Made by a program: the position numbers and the translations under genes. A stretch of DNA of 64,000 nt, from positions 10,356,001-10,420,000 of the forward strand of contig CM052832.1 in assembly GCA_028534125.1 (NCBI GenBank). The letters are read 5' to 3'. Of the stretch, positions 60,171 through 64,000 are shown piece after piece. The notes beneath the pieces were generated by a model. That model searched no databases. It was given only the letters and a program-made list of their open reading frames with translations, and was not told the DNA's origin. Source of the DNA: Lama glama (taxonomy: Eukaryota). Numbering within the stretch: position 1 is the stretch's first letter; each line of letters starts with the position of its first letter.

Positions 60171-61206
60171 AAGTTTTCCACTTGTCAGGTTGGTGAGGGG
60201 CTTAGCTGGGTGTGGGTGTCTTTGAGAGTCACCCCCGGTGCATTAGGCACCGTGACTGCACAGCTGACTCCACTGGTGGCCGGGTGGGAGCCCGACGTCC
60301 TGCAGGCTCCCTGCCTCCCCGTGCTGGGCAGGAGCTGTCAGAGCCATCATCCTGGTTTCAGTAAAGGGGTTTGTGCATTTTGTGAGCTCCTCAGCCTAAC
60401 AGAGACCTGGATCCACCGTGGATTTCCACTTCTTACCTGCCGTGATTTGGTTTCTATTTAATTTTCAACCTAAATGCATCCTCTTTCTCAGGCTGCTTAC
60501 ACCAGCGACACTCAGCCTTGTGGGAGTGGTGGCATGCTGTCATTGTTTGCTTGATTTCAACACTTTTTTCCTGCCTAAAGGGTTGCCTGACAAGGCTTTT
60601 TAAAAACTTACATTACTATGATTTTCCCTGCTCCTTTATTCCTCCCTCTTCTCCTTTGAAAGGAAACATAATGTCTTTACTTTGTGTATTCCCACCTCTC
60701 ACCTTGTAGGCTGCTTCTTGTCAAGTAACAATTGTCTGGCACCAAGGGCTTAACCAGAACAGCTGGAGGTTGAGTCCCTGGGAAGCGGGAGCGTGGATCC
60801 CAAGAGCCCTCCGGTTTGACAGGAGACGCTGGAAAACATTCCACTGTAAACAGAAGCCACCTCACCGCTCTAACGTGAAAACCTACGATGCAAACACACT
60901 CTCCAACACAGAGAGATCAATGCACGGAAAAAGCGAACTTCTCAAGGGTAAACTATGTTTTCAGAAGTAGGCTGTGTTCCGTTTCCCCCTGCTTCTCCAG
61001 CAGTTATAATGTAATAGAGCAAAACCAGAGCAGGTCCCTGTCCTGGGACTCTTTGGGATCCTCTCCCTGCCCCCTCCCCGCCCCTCCCAGAGCAGAGGGA
61101 GACTAAACGGTTGTGAGTTTGGGGTAAGGGAGGAGAGTCGGTGATAATTTGTACCAAAGGTACCCAAAGAATTTAGAATTTTAATAATTTTACTGTAGTA
61201 AAGGAA

Positions 61207-61635
61207 GTATTAGTTAGCACATAGGCTAAGCTGCTGTAACAAAGTGACCCGAAGAATTCAGTGGGTTTACTTTGATCTGATCTTCCAGAGACGGGGGGAT
61301 GGTTCACCGTGGGTAGGTGATCCAACTCTATAAAGTCATCAAGGATCCCAGACTCCTTTCTGCCCTCATCCTCATCAGCATGGTCACTGCTGATTCATGG
61401 GCACTGTGTCTAAGTGATAAAGGGGTGTGAACACCTAAACATTTTAAAGGTGAGACTCAGCAGTTGTGGCACTGTTTCTCCTTAAATCCCTTTGGCAAGA
61501 ACTTGGCCCCACAGCCACATGCAGCCAGCTGCAAGGGAGACTGGGAAGCGTATGCTGGTGGAGGCCAGAGCTAAAATGCTGGGATTCTGTTGCTAAAAGC
61601 AGAATAGGTACCGGAGGCTAGTTAGCAGATTCGAT
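61207..61635 (-). mobile_element. MaLR solo LTR (MLT1J-like)
   Basis: 'gtattagttagcacataggctaagctgctgtaacaaa...gtcatcaaggatcccagactccttt...ttggcaagaacttgg...gctgcaagggagactgggaa'. Confidence 0.8.
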
Positions 61636-62649
61636 GACCAAAAAAAATCTTCCAGATGATCCAATCAATCCCTGATTTCAACTTGATCTTTAGAAACAGT
61701 AACCGCCCTCCCCCTCCAACACCATGTTAAATGAACCACTGCAGTGAATTAAGCTGGCTTCAGGAAAAAAGAGGCAACTCCTGCCCCTTCAAGCTAGTCA
61801 CTAAAATATACAGCCCCCCTGCCTGCCAACAACCCATGAGGCTGAGATCTTATTTTTTTTTTCCCCTCCAAGGAAGCAACAGGAACAATAAATAACACAG
61901 CAAACAATGCCCATGTTATTCTGTAAAGGCAGAGAGACTCTACCTGGAGGCCTGGCTGACAGGGCTTCCCAGTCTTTCCTGAGATTTAATGCAAGAAATG
62001 AATTCAATTTCAGCACTTAGTGCCTGCCTTGTGGTGGGCTCCCCGTAAATGGCTGTTGAATAAATGCTTTAGAAAGGGGCCGTCTCCATAACATCTGGGG
62101 ATCTCTCGGAGGAGGGAGGTGGCTTTCACGAGCACAAATGACTTTTCTTATCTTGTTTGTGCCAAGAGAATGGGAAGTGTGGCTCTGCTTGCTTTGGCCA
62201 GGCAGCCCTGTCCCCAGGGGCCACCTTAATCCCCAGCAGGAATCACTGCTGTGTTCATGTAGGGGAGGGTGGCAGGATCTCAGCAAAGTCTGCCTTTATC
62301 TCTCCATCACTTTAGTAGTTGAAAGTTGGGAAAACCGAACACAGCCATGTTCTGTTAATTTTTTGACAAGAATGTGAAGTGCCTTGAGATCACTGGATAA
62401 TCTTTAGGTCCTGCTGGGACACAGTTCTCAGAGGTGGTTCGTTTGGGAAAAGGAGCTAGAGAGGCCAACATTCAGAATTAAGCAGGGAAGCCAGACTGGC
62501 GAGGAGCCAGGAGATGCCTAAGAGATGGGGGAGTGTCACCATCGGAGGGGAAGGCGGGGCAGGAAGAAGGGACAGGGTGCTGTCTGCAGGTGCTGCCGGG
62601 GACGGACAGGGTCTCAGGTGCCCAGGAGACAGGACTGTGGGGACAAGAA

Positions 62650-62820
62650 CAATAATCACAGTAATAATACCCATGCAGTATGGCACTAGGGAGGTCAGTA
62701 TGATTATCCGGCCCATTTCACAGGTGGGGAGACGGGGTTAGACAAGTGAAATAATGTCCACATTTACGCAAGTACCTGGTGGCTAAGCCAGGACCCACCC
62801 CAGGTCTGGTGGACTCTAGA
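62650..62820 (-). mobile_element. MIR fragment
   Basis: 'cccatttcacaggtggggagacggggttagacaagtgaaataatgtcca...ccaggtctggtggactctagagc'. Confidence 0.6.
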
Positions 62821-63099
62821 GCACGTGGAAGGATGGAGCAGAGAAGCAATACACAGGAACGAACCGCTGGGCTGACAGCAGGAAAGGGGGGCTTGGTGGT
62901 GGTGTAATAGAGCTGGAAAAGAGGGTGAACCCCTCCTGCTCGGCAGACTCGTGGTCAGCCGCTTCCCTCACCTCCCCAAACACCTGGATCCCTTTCTGCA
63001 CCCCCACACATTTCTGAGTCTGACAGAAAAGCCTGGCCTTCCCACTTTCCCATCCGCTTCTCTCATTCCCACTCCTTTCCCTACCTCAGGGCTGCGGGC

Positions 63100-63460
63100 T
63101 TTGGTTTTCTCCTTTAATCATTATTTGTTTGTTTATCTTTCCACTGGTTTTCAACCCCAGGGACAGTTCTCCTCCCCAAGCCATTTTGAATTAATTTTGC
63201 TGGGACAATTCCACAAGACAATGTATCAATTGCTGTATTAAAATCAAGATGTATTGCATCTCTCCTGTCCTTCCCGTCCCTTAATTTCTTAGTTTCCTCA
63301 AAGGCACAATCAAGTGTGTCTGGCATAATTTGTTCTTCATAAACCCAGACTGCTCACTGCATGCGCTCGCAATTTTAGAGAGATTTTTTTGGCAGTGTTT
63401 TATTTCCATGGTACTTTTCCTTATTGTATTTGATGATTGAATCTCGATGATTAAGGTGAC
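63100..63460 (-). mobile_element. CR1/L3 LINE internal fragment with decayed reverse-transcriptase coding sequence
   Basis: Frameshifted translations 'QSGFMKNKLCQTHLI' and 'DGKDRRDAIHLDFNTAIDTLSCGIVPAKL...GLGRRTVPGVENQW' match CR1 RT 'QHGFMK.KSC.TNLI...D.G..VD..YLDF.KAFD.V.H.IL..KL...GL....V.W..NW'. Confidence 0.85.
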
Positions 63461-63719
63461 AGTGAAGTGGACCTCAGGCCTGAGCTCTTTCACTGAGGCC
63501 TTGCCCTGAATTTCTTCCATCCCTCGCAGTCCTCTGCGCTCTGGCTGTGACCCAGTCACACCCGCTGCCCGAGGGGTCAGGCCACCAAGAGCAGCTGGGG
63601 ACGTAAGCTAAAGGGTGCTGTGCTTTGTTCAGGATGCAGTGGACAGGCTTCAAGGATCAAAAAGGACATGCAAAACAAGGGCCCGTGGAGAATGGAGGGG
63701 AAGCTGCAAGCATGATGAG

Positions 63720-64000
63720 TGTTATGCGTTGAATTGTCAAAATTCATATTTTAATTCATGTTTTAAAGCCGTAACCCCTAGAACCCGTGAATGTGCTCTT
63801 ATTTGGAAATCGGGTTGTTTTAGTGTAATTAGTTGAGATGACGTCATTGGGGTGGGCTCCAATCCAGTACGACTGCTGTCCTTACAAAAAGGGGACATGT
63901 GGACTCAGAGACGCACACAGGTAAAACAGCACGTGAAGACGAAGGCAGGGATGGGGGTGATGCCTCTACCAGCCCACGGGCACCAAAGATTGCCAGCAAC
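63720..64000 (+). mobile_element. MaLR LTR (MLT1B/C-like), truncated by window end
   Basis: 'tgttatgcgttgaattgtc...gaatgtgctcttatttggaaatcggg...ggtgggctccaatccagtacgactg...gtgaagacgaaggcagggatgggggtgatg...caccaaagattgccagcaac'. Confidence 0.9.

Noticed and set aside
3065..64000. LTR orientation bias as evidence for an enclosing transcription unit
   Set aside because: LTRs occur on both strands in similar numbers; too few to infer a host-gene strand
1..64000. CRISPR arrays, operons or prokaryote-type systems
   Set aside because: Sequence is mammalian repeat-rich DNA with no regularly spaced repeat-spacer arrays or gene-dense ORFs

Overview
Eutherian (placental mammal) non-coding genomic DNA, most likely intergenic or deep-intronic. 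I find no credible protein-coding exon, tRNA/rRNA gene or CpG-island promoter; the ORF track is background noise apart from decayed L1 ORF2 (~9.3-9.5 kb) and CR1/L3 reverse-transcriptase (~63.1-63.45 kb) remnants. Much of the window consists of ancient pan-mammalian repeats recognised by eye from remembered consensus sequences: MIR/MIR3, L2, L3/CR1, old L1M, MaLR (MLT1) and ERVL (MLT2, LTR16, LTR33) solo LTRs, an LTR-less ERV1 internal fragment and hAT/mariner MITEs (MER5, MER58A, MER112, MER103C, MER53, MER91, Zaphod/MER115, MADE2), several of them nested. Repeat boundaries are approximate and subfamily names provisional. I recognised no young lineage-specific SINEs. A 500-N gap at 46842-47341 looks like a fixed-size scaffold join. 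The most interesting signal is a series of repeat-free islands dense in developmental transcription-factor motifs (PBX-HOX, MEIS, TCF/LEF, FOX, POU, bHLH), suggesting an enhancer-rich gene desert or large intron. Other oddities are a compound (GGCAGC)n(CAG)14 repeat, a perfect 30-bp palindrome at a truncated LTR end and a hairpin-forming MADE2. I do not see direct evidence of a novel multi-gene system.
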